From a virus, in IMG/VR virus record IMGVR_UViG_3300027985_000661, positions 1 through 64,000 of that record: a stretch of 64,000 nt of DNA; one strand, given 5' to 3'. Position 1 is the first letter of the stretch, and each line of letters starts with the position of its first letter. A program made the translations under genes and the position numbers. Shown in pieces: positions 49,501 to 63,300 of this stretch. The notes under the pieces were generated by a model. It did no database searches and was not told where the DNA came from. It worked only from the letters and a program-made list of their open reading frames with translations.

Positions 49501-52500
49501 GCTTCTATAGAGGACACTACAAAGTTAAGTGACCTTGAAATTTATATAGCTAAAGATATACCATTTAATATTAGTATAGAAGAATCTGGAAGTACATATA
49601 AAATACAGGATAAATTATATACAAATAGGCTTGTAAATAAAATAGATGCTGTAGAAGAAGATAGTAAAGGTAATCCAATATCTGTAACTCTTACAAATGA
49701 GTTAGGAGAAAATATAAAATTCACTACTCCTAATATAGTAGACAGTATAGCTAGTAATTTACTGCTGTTTGAGATGGGCAAGGATAAAACTATTATAGAT
49801 TTATTCGGTACAGATTATTCTGACTTTGTTGTAATTAGAAAAGAAAATACTAAATACCCTGAGAATTACACAGTATATAGAAAAGGAGGTAGGTACACAA
49901 TTTATACAGAAAGAGGTACCTTAGTTAAACCTCACTTTAAAAATTATAAAACTATAGCATTTCAAGTAGATAATGAAATTTCTAAATTGGCTATTGCTTA
50001 CGCCGATAAATTAAAGTATAACTATAATAAAAAAGAAGTTAAAGATGAACTCACTAGACTTACTAGGATTTTTAACTCCCCAACAACAGGAGAGGCTCTT
50101 AAGTACCCCACTAAATCAGAGGTACTCGCTACTGAAAGAGTGGAGAGACCAAAAGGAGAATTAAAAGAAAAAGAAGAGCAGGATATAGTAAATAGCTCTA
50201 TAGAAGATGACGCTATATCTGAAAGTGCTTTAGAGCAGAGAGAAGGGCAGAAGGCTGTAATTGCAGAGGAAGCTACAACTGATGATCTAATTAAACTAAC
50301 CGATAGTATAGAACCTATAGAGCCAAGTGAGGTAGAAGATAGGCAATATGAGAATGAGGTTTTATCTAGAGGTGTAAGACATACAGCTAGTGCTATAGGC
50401 TATGTAGCTAATATAGACGGGCAGCCTAGACCTATTAATGAAGAGTTTGGTAAGTATGTAATTAATCAAAATATCAAGGGAGATTATGTTACTCCTGATT
50501 TGGATATGGAGAATGATTGGTGGAATACCGACCAAGATTACTCAATAGAAGATAAGCAGAAAGTTAAAGATGCTATAAAAAAAGGATTAACAGCCGAGCA
50601 AATAGATAGGTTATTAGATTCTAAAAAACCAGGGTTTACAAATTGGGTAGATTCATTACCTATTAAAATAGAGTATGGTGAATTTGATTACGGCATTTAT
50701 ATGCATAGGTCAGATTATCCTCATATTAGAGTACCTAAAGATATAGAGTACGCTAACTATAAAAATAACGGTGAATATCTAGATGCTATAGACAAATATA
50801 AGAATAAAATAAAGTCTCAAACAAAAGCGGCTAGGTATAAAATAATAGAATCCCTACTTAAAGGTAATGTTGTTAACATTCCTGTGGAAGGTAAATCTAT
50901 GGGTACACCTAACAATATAGGAAATAAAAGAAATCTAGCAGAGGTATTAACCAAGATAGAGTCTAATATAGATCTTAGAGAGGTTACTTTAGGAGTAGCT
51001 ACTAAAGATGGGTCTATTGATAAAGGCAATGGAAGAAAAATGGTAGGTAAGGGTAGTCAAGGGAATATATTCTTAGAGACTTCTTATACTGCTAATGGTG
51101 AGGTAGGGAACTTTAAATTAAATCCTGGATATTTATCTCAAGAGCATGCTATTATTGTGTTAGAGACATTACAGCAAGCTTACGATCGTAAAAGTGGAGG
51201 ATTTAAAGGTAAGTACGAAGGTAAAGGAGTTACAGGTGATTTAACAAGATCTCAGATTTTAAAACTTCTTGTAGTATATGGGGAAGATAATACTAAAGTA
51301 GAAAATGACCCTAATAAACAGCATTTAAAAGAAAAACAACTTTGGGTAAAAAATGCTAGAATACTACATTATGGTACTAAGACTATGCCTTTACATAATC
51401 CAAGTAAAGAGCAGCTATCTGATTTTATAACTTGGGCAACTACTAAGAAAACATACGCTATTAATAGGGATCAACTTAATACAGGTGTTTATAATAAAGA
51501 CTTTACAATTGGTAATATAAAGTTCATTAAAGGTAAGGACAACTATAATAGCATGGTATTAAAGTCAGGTATGGTTCTTACAGATTTAGATGTAGTAGAA
51601 GGTACTAAATCTTTAACTAAAGATCCTGCTGTAATAATGGACTTAGAAGCTGCCGGAATTTCATATAGCGAAGTTATACCTACTAAAAAGAATGAGGTAG
51701 TACCTAAAGAAAGTAAGGTAGTACACACCTCTCCTAAAAAGGTAGCTAACGAGGTTAAACCTAAAGTTACAGAGGCTTCCGAATCTTCATCTGATGAGGT
51801 TAAACAAAAAGTTACTAAAAGAAGAAAAAATGCAGCAGGAGGTGTAGCAGGAGATAAGTTAGGAAACTTTACTAAAATTACTTCCATAGGAGTAGGAGGT
51901 AGTGTATATTTAGAAATAGAAAACGAGGAGGGTGATATATCTAAGAGAGTACTAGGAACAGTTGAACAAGACGAAGAAGGTCTATATTTTAGTTTAAAAG
52001 GAGTTGGTGCCGAATTCATTATTGTAGATAACGCCTTTAAGTCAGAAGGCGGGGATATCAGTTTGAATGATGCTAAAGCTTTCCAACGTATTAATGCTAA
52101 AGTTGGCATATTTAGTCATATGTTTAAGTATGATTCTCCTGGTATATCTGAGAGTAAAGTAGAAGAGTTAGAAAATAAAACTGCTGATATACAAGCGGAA
52201 ACTCCAGAGGTAAAAGTAGTTAATCCGCCATCTCAGGAGCAATCTAATCCTTCCCCTACTAAAGCTTTCAAAAATACAGGTAAGACAGGGTTACATCAGT
52301 TAGGTAGAAGTCCATTTAAAATGGCTACTAAAAAGCCAGGTACTTATACTTTAGCGGATCTCCAAAAGGAAACAAAATGGATTAAAGATAGATTTTCAGA
52401 TGTTGAAGTAGATATAATAGATAATTTTATAGAGTTGGCCGGAGATAGAAGAGCTATGGGGCAATCTAGAAGAGATTCTATTTTATTAGCTACAATGGCT

Positions 52501-55500
52501 GAGGCTGGTACAGCATACCACGAAGCTTTCCACCGTGTATCTCTTTTTTACTTAACAGATGAAGAAAGACAAGGTATATATAATGAAGCTAAATCTATAT
52601 ACCCAGGCTTAGAAAATAAGAAGGACTCAGAGATAGAAGAATTTTTAGCAGAGCGTTTCCGTAATTTTATTATAAGAGAGCAAGATAAACGTAATTCTAA
52701 AAAGAGTTGGGGAGCTAAAATATGGGATGCATTTAAAAAGATATGGAATGCTATTTCAAATTTATGGATTAAGCCGAGTAGATTTGATGAATTGACCTTG
52801 GATAGATTATTTAGTGATATAGAGCAAGGAAGGTATAAAAGAACTAAGATAGATCCTACTAAATATAAAGACTTAACTGATACAAGTGTAAACTCTGTAG
52901 TTAAAGGATTTGAATTAAAAGGGACTAGGCTTTATTCTATACAGACTGAACAACAACTTAAAGAAGTTGTGCAATCTATGTTTTATACTTTAGCTGAAAC
53001 CAATTTACTTGTTCAATACGATGAGGAGACAGGTGAACGCACCTTAGGCCTAAGTTCTGTAGAGGATCTTAAAGATATAAAATACGGTCCAATGTTTGAA
53101 GCTATAGAACAGGAGTATAACGATGCCTTATCTATAGGTGAAAGTAATGAAGCTTTCTTATTAGAAATACCCACAGCTACGCCCTCTAGACTTCGTGAAA
53201 TTAGAGAACAAGCTTTTGGAGATCCTAATTTCCAAGGAGATTTACAAGCAGAATTAAGACAGCAAGCGGATAGTGCATTTAATATAGGACTTATTTATGA
53301 AGAAATTTTAGACCATAGTGAAGTATTTACAGAGGTATTGGAAGATTACCTTAATGGTCTTAATATTAGAACTGTAAATAAAGATACCGATATAGATTTA
53401 GACGAATCCCCTGATGAATTAGATGGAAGTACTAGATCAGATTTTGATAAGTATAATAAGATAGCGTTCGAGTCATCGGCTAAACACAATGTAGCAGCCA
53501 ATATCAAGTTATTATTATCTATTCTCCCTGCTTCTAATGAACGTAGTGAATTGACTGGGTTATATACATTTGCAGAATTTGGGCAGCTAATGTCTAAGAT
53601 ATATAGAGATCTTAGAGGTATTAGAGACGCGCAATCTATGATGGATAAACTTGTAGAATTATCAGAAGGTAATATTACCTATTCTGTTCTTGTTAAGCAT
53701 TTAAATAAAGACGAAACACTTAAAACACAGTTCTTTAGAACAGTTAATAAAAATGCTCTTGACTTTGTAAATGCCTTAGTATCAGTAGAAGATGGTAAGC
53801 CTAGGATTACTTTTGGAGCATCTGCTATACAAACAGCAGGGGCAAGGAAGTTAAAAGAATGGAACAATTCTTTGATAAGATCTGGTTTATTTAAACATAG
53901 TAGAGGTGGTGAACCTATCCCTAATATCGAAGCCTTTAATAAATTACAAAATAAATTTATTGATCTATATGATAATATTAAATTTCAGGTAGATAGAAAG
54001 AAGAGTATTAATAATTTAGAAGAATTAAAAACTGATCTTATTTCTATTTTAAATGAAGCTGGTATTGAAATAGATATTAAAGGATTAGAATTAGCTTTAT
54101 CAGATATTAACGATATTCAATCAGAAGCTTTATTAGATTTAATTCAAGGAAGTGAGACATTTAAATCTCCTATATATTATATATTAGGTAAAGAGGGAAG
54201 TTTAGATAAACTTTTTAGAAGTAAAAACGGCACTTATAAAAATGATAAAGGAAAGTTTATCAATTTTGAAAATGTCTACACAGATGAAAAAGGAGCCAAA
54301 TACTTATCTAATAAACAAGCTGAAACTAACCCTTATGAAGAGGGAGATTCTATATTCGGAGCTGGTGGAAACAGGTATTACACTATTATGCAGCACACCT
54401 ATACTAGTAATACTTTTAATGAGTTTGCTAAGAATCCTGAGGTTATAGAAGCTAAATTAAATGCTGTATATAATAAAAATAGTAGATTTCTTAATGCTTT
54501 GAAAGACGACCCTAAATTGGCAGAGATAGTAGGCATGAAGACTATGGCCGCTATAGTTAGGGAGGATGAATATGATACTGGTAGAGAGTACCAAGGAATT
54601 ACTGAATTAGAGGATTATTTGCTTCGTATAGCCGCAAATGAGAAAGGACTATTCACACCCCCTACTCCTGCGGATCGTAGATTTTACGCTTTCTATCAAG
54701 GTTTTAATGACCTTAAATTAGATGGTACTATGGATACAGAAGGCAATATTAATGAGGAAGTATTAGAAGTATTTTCAGATTACGTTAAAGACGAAGAGGC
54801 CCGCATGAGAGTTGTAAGGGCAGATATAGACAAAGTTATCAAGGGACAACGCGATTCCTCTACTTTATTCGAAAATTACCATTATAAATATTTTGGAGCA
54901 GGCGAGACTGTACAAGAAGGGCAAGTGGTTATTGAGGGAAATGATATAGTTCCTGTAGGGAAGAAAGTTAAAAATGGAGGTAAGTTACTTAAGCGGAATA
55001 ATAAATATGTAGGAGGCGGAGCTAACTATACCAACTTTGCATCTTTTAACAACAATACACCTACTAATGTAAAGCAGGCATTACAGAGTATTATAAGAGA
55101 TCGTTTAAATGATGAAATTAAATACATTACAGACTTAGGAATTGTAGAATCAGAATTAGATAACGGGAATTATAGAATTACTAAGAATTTACTTTTGGAC
55201 GACGGTATGTTAGATCGTTATAAGAAAGAATTAGTAACAGAAGACGAAGAGTATGCTGCCGAGAATATAGTATTAGACAATTTAATTAATACTATGATGG
55301 CCAGCATTGAGACAGGTAAACTTATTACTGGTGACCCTGCTTCGTATAAATCTCCTGAAGATCATGTTAAACGTCTTCCTGGCTATACCTCTACTGGGGA
55401 TAATACACGGAATGACTTCCCTGCTGAATATTATACAGATAGTCCATTAGTGCATTCTAATAAATATAATGTAACTACTTTCACAAGTAAAATAATAGAA

Positions 55501-56816
55501 TCTACATATTACGATACTTTGTTAGATATACATACTAATGCACTTATATCTGAGGGGGTAGTAGCTAATAAAAATGAGGCTAGATCTATAGCAAAATTAA
55601 AATTGGAAGCTTATTTAAATGTAGATCAAACAGATGCTCAAACTTTTATTACACCTGAAATGTACAGGGCTGTTGCTATCAAATTAGGTGAATGGAATAA
55701 TGTAAAAGAACAAGCATATCAGCAGATATTAAATGGAGAGGGTAGTAATATGACAACTAAAGACGTTGTTTTCCAACCTCTTAAAATGACATATGTAAAT
55801 GTACAATATGTGGATGGCCATGCTATAGCAAAATTCGATAAAATGTCTATGGCTACTTTATTTAGAGCGGATATTAAAGGCACTAAAATGGAGAAGTTGT
55901 TAGATAGAATGGAAGCTGTAGGAGAGTTCAAAGGTCTAGAACCTATACACCAAGTTAAATTCCACACTGCTGAAAAAGTAGGGGGTAGAGATAGAAAAGA
56001 GATATTCCAAGATAATGGTGAATTTGTAGAACTATCTGAGCTTAACTACTACGATCAGGACTTTGATATGCTTAGGTTACAGCTTGTAACAGATCCCCAT
56101 GAAGTTAATGAAACTTTAGTAGGTTCTCAGTTTAAGAAAGTGGGTATGTCTAATGTTAAGTTAACCGAGACATACGGTAACGGTAAAACAGGGGCCGAAA
56201 TAGTAGAGGAAATAAATAGTATGCTTTCTGAATTATCGAATAGAGGTAAAGATTCCTTATCTGAGGAATTCAATCTAGATAAAAGTAATAAGATAGTAGA
56301 TAAGCAAGTATTTATGGATAAATTAAAAGAAGAAGGTAAAAAAGCAGGGATGCCTGATTATATACTTGATACTTTTAAATTGAATGAAAATGGAGATTAT
56401 TACGTAGAACCTGACGCTCATCCTGGTAATAGAAAATGGATACAGAATAGGGTGTTGTCTATAATTAAGAAGGCTACTATTGATTTGAAACTTCCAGGCA
56501 ATGTATTTATTCAAATGTCTAATATAGGTATAGCTAAGGATAAAGAACTTAGGCTTATGGATGAAGAAGGATACATAGAAGCTAAAATATCTGTAAGTGT
56601 ATTTAAAAATATGATACCTTCATATAATACTAAAACACATGCAGAAAGAGTTGAATTCTTGCGTTCTAGACCCGACATCACTGCTATGGCATATAGGATA
56701 CCTACTCAAGGACAGAACTCGACATTCGGTCTTAAAGTGGTTGATTTCTTAGATGAGAGAGTGGGAGATGTTATAGTATTGCCTGCTGAAGGTACTGCTG
56801 TTGGAGGTTTTGACTT
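46528..56816 (+). CDS. Giant virion RNA polymerase, exon 1 (includes a zincin HEAFH module)
   Basis: TDAQ.F, K...K, YRIPTQG motif and GGFDF at the exon end; HEAFH at 52519. ATG 46528 follows the upstream stop (the track start is 46489). Confidence 0.9.
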
Positions 56817-56847
56817 TAATTATAGAGTCACTGCGTAGAAATACGCT

Positions 56848-56876
56848 GAAACCTTTCAAATATATCAATCGTATAA
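56848..56876 (+). promoter_or_regulatory. ECF-sigma-like promoter inside the intron, upstream of the HNH gene
   Basis: tGAAAC-N17-CGTATAA; the motif ends 18 nt before the HNH ATG. Confidence 0.65.
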
Positions 56877-56894
56877 CCACATAAAGGTTATACA

Positions 56895-57389
56895 ATGGAA
56901 AAAGAAATATTTAATAATTATAGTATATCGAATACCGGAATTATAAAAAGTAAATTTACCGGTAAAGAAATGAAACAATATATAAGTAATGTAGGATATT
57001 CTGCGGTTAGACTTACAATAGAAAAAGGAAAAACAAAATTATTCCACGTACATGTTTTAATCGCAATTGCTTTTTTAGATTATAGTTTAAGTAGTAATTT
57101 AGTTGTAGATCATAAAAATAATATAAGGACAGATAATAGATTAGAGAATTTACAATTAGTAACTAGAAGATTAAATAATACTAAAGAATTTACAGGGAAA
57201 GTAAAATATCCAGGAGTACATATAGAAAAAGGAAGAAGGCATTATAGAGCTCGGATAAAAAATAAAGATAAGTATTTATCATTAGGTTCCTACTTAGATC
57301 CTAAGGATGCATACAGAGCTTATATGAAATCTTTAAAAGAAATAGATATACAGGCTTATAATTATTATAAAGATATATTTGGAGAATAA
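56895..57389 (+). CDS. Intron-encoded HNH homing endonuclease (NUMOD4-like/HNH/AP2-like)
   Basis: YSISNTG.I, VH.LIA.AF, VDHKNNIRTDNRLENL...N, C-terminal YPGV...YRARI...LG.Y...AY.AY. Confidence 0.9.
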   Translation: MEKEIFNNYSISNTGIIKSKFTGKEMKQYISNVGYSAVRLTIEKGKTKLFHVHVLIAIAFLDYSLSSNLVVDHKNNIRTDNRLENLQLVTRRLNNTKEFTGKVKYPGVHIEKGRRHYRARIKNKDKYLSLGSYLDPKDAYRAYMKSLKEIDIQAYNYYKDIFGE

Positions 57390-57644
57390 ATAACTCCTTT
57401 AATTGCTGGGAACTCCTATAATAGAGTATAGGGCAATCAGCAGCCAAGCTTCGAAAGAAGAAGGTTCAACGACTAGTCCGGCACGTTAAAAAGTGCGGTA
57501 GAAGGACGTACATCCAAGTGGATGGAAATGGGGAGCACCTTACTAGATAATGCTAAAGGTGAAGATATAGTCTAGTCTGTATGGTAACATACAGCAGTTC
57601 ATAAGAGAACGGGTACAGATTAACGACCTGTATTGAATATTACG

Positions 57645-60324
57645 TGACATTGATAAATTGTATTTTATACGCCATAATTATACCAAAGATGGATATAAGA
57701 TAGAGTACTTAACTGATGACAATTCTACTCTTGAAGAAAGAATGGAGGCGTATGCAGAAGAAGTATTAAAAGATAGATTTAAAGATATTAAAAGAAAGTA
57801 TAAAGGTGAAGAAATAGATAAGAGGATTAAACTTGAAATACTTAATTGGAAAAACAATAATAGAATTAGTTTTGAAAAAAGAAGTATTAAAGCTCAAAAT
57901 ACTAAAGAAGCTGTACAGAATAGGTTATTAGATATGTATTTTGATATTTATAGGGATAGTAAGCATGCTGCACATAGAACTCAACCTTTAGGATATGGAG
58001 CCGACCAATTGAAAAAGCTTGCAAAAGATATAAGAAAATGGAATGGTACTATAAGAACTGATAAAGAAGGAAATGTAATAGAAACAGACGTTGAATCACT
58101 TAAATCTACTACTCCAGTATTTAACTTAGATGTTAAAGCTAGGTATAAATTAGGTAAAGCTTTAGGTTCTTATGCTCTTTCTAACGTTCACCATGCTTTA
58201 GGTCAGACAGTAGGACTTTCCCTTAACCAGAATATAGGATCTGGAAACCTAAATGAATTTGGAAATACCAGTCTTGCAGGATTATTAGGTAGGGATAATG
58301 AGTATATAATGGAGTGGTTCTCTGCTCTTATTGATGCTCACGTTGATATAGCAGCCGATCCTTTCATTTACTTCTTAAATGCCAATGATTATACAGTTAA
58401 AGAACTTTCGTTACTATTAAGAGCCGGTGTTGGCGGTATTAAGACGTTTAAATTTATAGCCCAACCTATACTGTCTTCTATTGCAAAAGAAGTAGAAAAT
58501 GCTAAAAATAATATAGGTCTTGATATTCGAATTGCCGATGTTGTAGCTTCAATTAGAAAGAAATATGAAGCACAAGCTAGAAAACATGGAGTTTCGTATG
58601 TAGAGTATAACCCCTCTATAGATAATTTCGATTCTATATTAAATGAAGCAGAATTAGAAGATGCTTTTAAAGAATCTGCAAAAGAGAATCCAAAAGGAAG
58701 TTTTTACGTACAACAATTAAGGGTATTAGATGCTTTCCAAAGTATATCCTTACCTGCCCAGATGCTATCAGAAGCTGTAATGGCTAGTAGGATTGATACT
58801 AAGAAATTTGGTACATCGTTCTCAGAGGTAGAGAATTATACTATTAGAGTACAGAAAGCTTTAGATGACGAGGCAAAAGGAGCGGGAATTCAAGGTTTCA
58901 AGAAGTTTATTGAAGATACTTATTTAGGTGCCTATACCAACAATAGTATAGATCTATCTTATGGTATGTTATCTAATATATCTTTAGAGACCAAGCCTGC
59001 TTTTCGTAAAGCTGTTAGAAATATCTTAACAAGTGTAAATAAGAGGTATACTGCAAGTGAGAAACTAATAAAGACAGTATCTGATGAGATATATACTAAC
59101 CTTACTGCTGCTTATTTTAAAGAAAAAGGTATACTTGAAGAAAGTATGATCAAATCGCTTATATATGGAAATAACAGTATTCCTAAAAGAGTAGAGGATA
59201 TAAAAAATGGCAGTATTAAAGGATTTGAGAAGTATAAAGACTCAGGATTACTTTCTAAATTAGTACCTTACTATAAGCAGGATGCTCCTGATATGTTAAT
59301 ATTTAATAAGCCTGATGATAAGTATGAAAAGGATTCGTTAGTTAGATCTTGGAAAGATATGGCAAACAGTACTAATCCAGATGTTAGAGCTTTTGCACAA
59401 GATTTATTCTACTACTCCTATTTAACTAGTGGTTTTAAAAATACTCTTAATTCATTTTACGATCTCGCCCCTAGAGAATTATTAATAGATGAGGGCTATA
59501 ATGAGTTTATTAAAGAATATTTTAGTAAACTTAACGATCCTGATTATTTTGATATGTTCTTAGATGAATTCTACTTAAATAGTTGGAATAATAGTGAGTT
59601 AGTACCTGAAATTAAGGATAAGAGTATTAAAAGTAAGAAAAGTGCTAGTAAAGGAGGTACATACATGCTATTTACTGATAATATTTCTTTTTATGTAGGT
59701 AAGAATAATAAAGGCCAGTCTATTTATAGACCTTATATTAAGTATAAAGGGCCTGAAGGTTTAGAACTATATAAGTATACAGGTACTATATCAGAAAGAG
59801 GCAAAGAATTTGCAATTTATTATAGGGTAGAAAAGAAAGGTTATAATAAGAATGGATTTGTCGTAAAAGAGAATTTAACTAAAGGTACAATATTCTCTTC
59901 TAATAGGACTGGATTACCTGATAGCGTTACTAAATATCTAAACCCTACTAATATATCTTCTATAGCGAATGCTAAAAATAAAGACGGTATTAAAATATTC
60001 GATTTCCTAAGTAAGGCAGATTTCGTTAATATTGAGGATATGGTAGTGTCCCAATATAAAAATGATATAAGGGATTTCGATTCAGAAACACAGGCTAAAA
60101 TAAACAGAATTAGACCTTTAGATTTGACCGATGAAGCCACTAAATTATTTAGTACCCAAGAGATTGTGACTACTAGTTTAGATATACAAAAAGGTTTCTA
60201 TACTTTGAATAATAATAAAATTGTATTTATTGATAAAATAGAAGAAGATTCTTATTTGGTTGAACAGTGGGGATACCAAACACCTACTTCTGAACAGATA
60301 GATGCTAATATGAAAGAATGTTAA
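57645..60324 (+). CDS. Giant virion RNA polymerase, exon 2
   Basis: Begins T-GAC-ATT-GAT-AAA-TTG (DIDKL), in frame with track ORF 57658..60324; contains QNRLLD and HVDIAADP. Confidence 0.9.
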
Positions 60325-60335
60325 AATAATAAATA

Positions 60336-63300
60336 ATGAGTTGTCCTAATAAGAATTTAATAGATTACCAACGATTGGTCGACAGTCTTGGGGAGAAAGG
60401 GGCATTCCATGTATTTATAAAGAACGGTAATAAAGTTCCCTATATACAAAATAGGGAACAAAACCGTTTTATATGGGATGTAGAAAATAAGTTTGGATTA
60501 GTTGATTGGCCCTCTACAAATATAAAAGGCCTTAATCAAAAACAATATAAAGGATTCGATAGATTCACTACTGAAAAACTTATTAACCAAATACGTGAAC
60601 AATATGTAGGTGACTATACTATTAAACGTGTATCTCCGTATGGGAAAGGGGAATTCGGATTGAAGATAGAGGGTACTCCAGTTTCTAAAGAAGAACTAGA
60701 TAGTTTTTACCCTACTTTAGAGCATAGCGAAGCTTTACATAAGTACCTCTATTACAAAGAATTTCAAATAAGGGAAGAAGAGGCAAATGAGGATATACTT
60801 CCTTTAGATACGTATGATCAGAAAATAATGGACTTGAGTTCGGGCAATTCTGATTTAAGAATATCTAAAAGAGGTGTAGAAAAGACACTCCTCAAAATGC
60901 AAGCTACTTTAATGTCTAATATGCCTAGAATAAAAGAGGTTATATATGATAGTACTTTAGAAGTAGCGGGTAGATTAGAGGCAGGAGGAGAGATAATAAA
61001 AGTAAACCCTGAGTACATGACTACTGATACATTAGGTCATGAATTTGGGCACTTACTTATAGATTTGAGAGGAGGATTAAGAGACCCTTTTATACTACAA
61101 GCTATTGAACAATTAGAAAATACTGAATTAGCACAAGGAGTAAGAGAGAGGTACCCTGAATTAAAGGGAACTGAAAAATTGCAGAAAGAGATACTAGCCC
61201 AAGCTATAGGTAAAGAAGTAGTTGATTTATTTCAAGAGCAGGAGGAAAATAATAAATTTGAAAGATGGCTACTTAGATTATTTAGATGGCTAAAGTCTCG
61301 TTTAGGTATTGAAAAAAATAACGCTAGAGAGTTAGCAGGGATGCTAATAGGGGAAGTATCTTTAGATGAGAGTAAGTTTCTATTTTCACCATCCGATTAT
61401 CCGCAGGAACAAAAGTTAGCAGAAGATGGGGATATAGTTGATGAAGAGCTTGAAGATAGAAAAGACGCTTTAGAAAATTTACAAACTGCTGCTAAGATTA
61501 AAAATAAGTATCAACAAATACGTGACAAGGCTATTGATCTTATTAACACTCGTATACGTAGAGAGACAAGCGCAGGTAGGGCAGGTAGTTTACAGTCTTT
61601 AAAAGAAGTATTAGAAAAGTTACAAAATGAAGGAATAGATGATAAAATAGCTATCGCTTCCTTTGTAGACAACGCAGTTACAGCTATTAATTCCATATAC
61701 AAAGACTATAAAATTAGGAAAGAAGAATATGATAATGGAGACCCTGATGCTATAACTATCAAAATGCTTAATAGATGGACTAATATACTATCAGCATACG
61801 ATACTTTGGACACAGTCTCCTACTCTATTATGGAGGACGAATTCAACGTGGAAGGTATTTCCAAAGAAGATCTAAATAATATGCGTAGGGATGTGGATGA
61901 CGCTATTAAGAAGAAAAACCTAGTAAAAGAACTTTACAAGACTTTAGGGGGAGATTTAATGTCTAAGACATTAGCTAGATATACTACTAAAATATTGGCT
62001 GAGAAGCGTAATCAATTTAAAAGGGAATGGCTGTCTAAAAATAAAAACGATTATAGTAAAACAAAAGATCGTAATAAGGCATTACAAGAAGCTACAGATG
62101 CTTATATGAAGGACAAAATTTCTGACCTTACAGAAGAGACTACTATTAAATTGAGGGCGGAAATGCAGAAAGCCTCTACAGGAGATATAAATATGCTCGC
62201 TGCTTGGTTCGATACTGTATTAGATACTGACGATATGGTTGTTGGCGCTATGGTTAAAAAGTTTGTCATAGCAGATCGAAAAGCTAGACAAAGAGCTATA
62301 GATTTTAGGAATAGAATGTTGCCAATTCTAAAAGAACTGGAACAATTTACAGGGTATACAACAAATACCGCTCCTGAAAAAATGTACGATTTTATGCTAG
62401 AAAAGAATGAAAAAGGAGAGTATACAGGTCATGTTCTTTCACAATTTAGCAGCGGTCTTATAAACGAATTTGATAGGATTAAAAGAGAGTACCAAGATCT
62501 ACCTGAGAAAGAAAGGCGCATAGAAGTTTATAAATGGAAGCAGGAAAATATGCCCACAAATGAAGCTAAAAAAACAAAAGCTTTTCAAGAATTTTTGGGG
62601 GAATTGAAAGATAGTAAAATAATAAATGAAGAGGACATTAAAAGGATAAATTCTAACTTGGAATTACCATTCGAAAGGCAGAAAAACCCTGAGTCTTTTT
62701 TAAGTTTTGAAGCAGCTAATGAAATTACAACATGGTTTAGGAGTAATTCATTTAAATTTAGAGAGCCTACATCTAAATGGGAAAATAAAGAATGGAGGCA
62801 ATTAGAACGTATTTTAGAGGATAAAAATGATCCTAGAACTAAATTCTATGAATTAATAGCAGAAGCTAAAAATGAGGCGGACTCACAACTCCCATTTAAC
62901 AAGAGACAGCATGATAGACTCCCATTTGTAATAAAAAGTACACGGGAAAGAATGCTATCAGGTCAAACTCTTAAAAATATAGTACAGGATAAAATAAAAG
63001 ATCTTACACAAGTCCGAGAGGATGATACAGAAAGAGGGTCAGTATTAACAGATGAGAACGATAAACCTATAGATTTCGTACCTATACATTATATTAGAAG
63101 CTCAGATTATAATGTGAATGATCAATCTTTTGACTTAGCCACTGTTTACTATAAGTATTTTAAAATGGCAACTAATTATGGGGAAAAATCAGATCTTATA
63201 GCAGAAGCAGAATATACAAAAAAGATAATTTCAGAAAGAGAGATGCCGGTATATGATTCTAAAGGTAATCCTATTAAGGCATACTTGGGTAATTTATCAC

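Larger units (their letters stand above)
56817..57644 (+). mobile_element. Group I self-splicing intron (828 nt) with homing endonuclease
   Basis: P1 GACTTT/AGAGTC with a U-G pair at the 5' splice site; GCGTA-GAAA-TACGC hairpin; core P AATTGCTGGGAA (57401), Q AATCAGCAG (57435), R GTTCAACGACTA (57464), S AAGATATAGTC (57562); terminal G57644. Splicing gives in-frame DFDIDK. Confidence 0.95.

Noticed and set aside
57658-60324. Independent 888-aa gene starting at TTG 57658
   Set aside because: The frame extends upstream to DIDK at the intron 3' splice site, so it is exon 2 of the RNAP.
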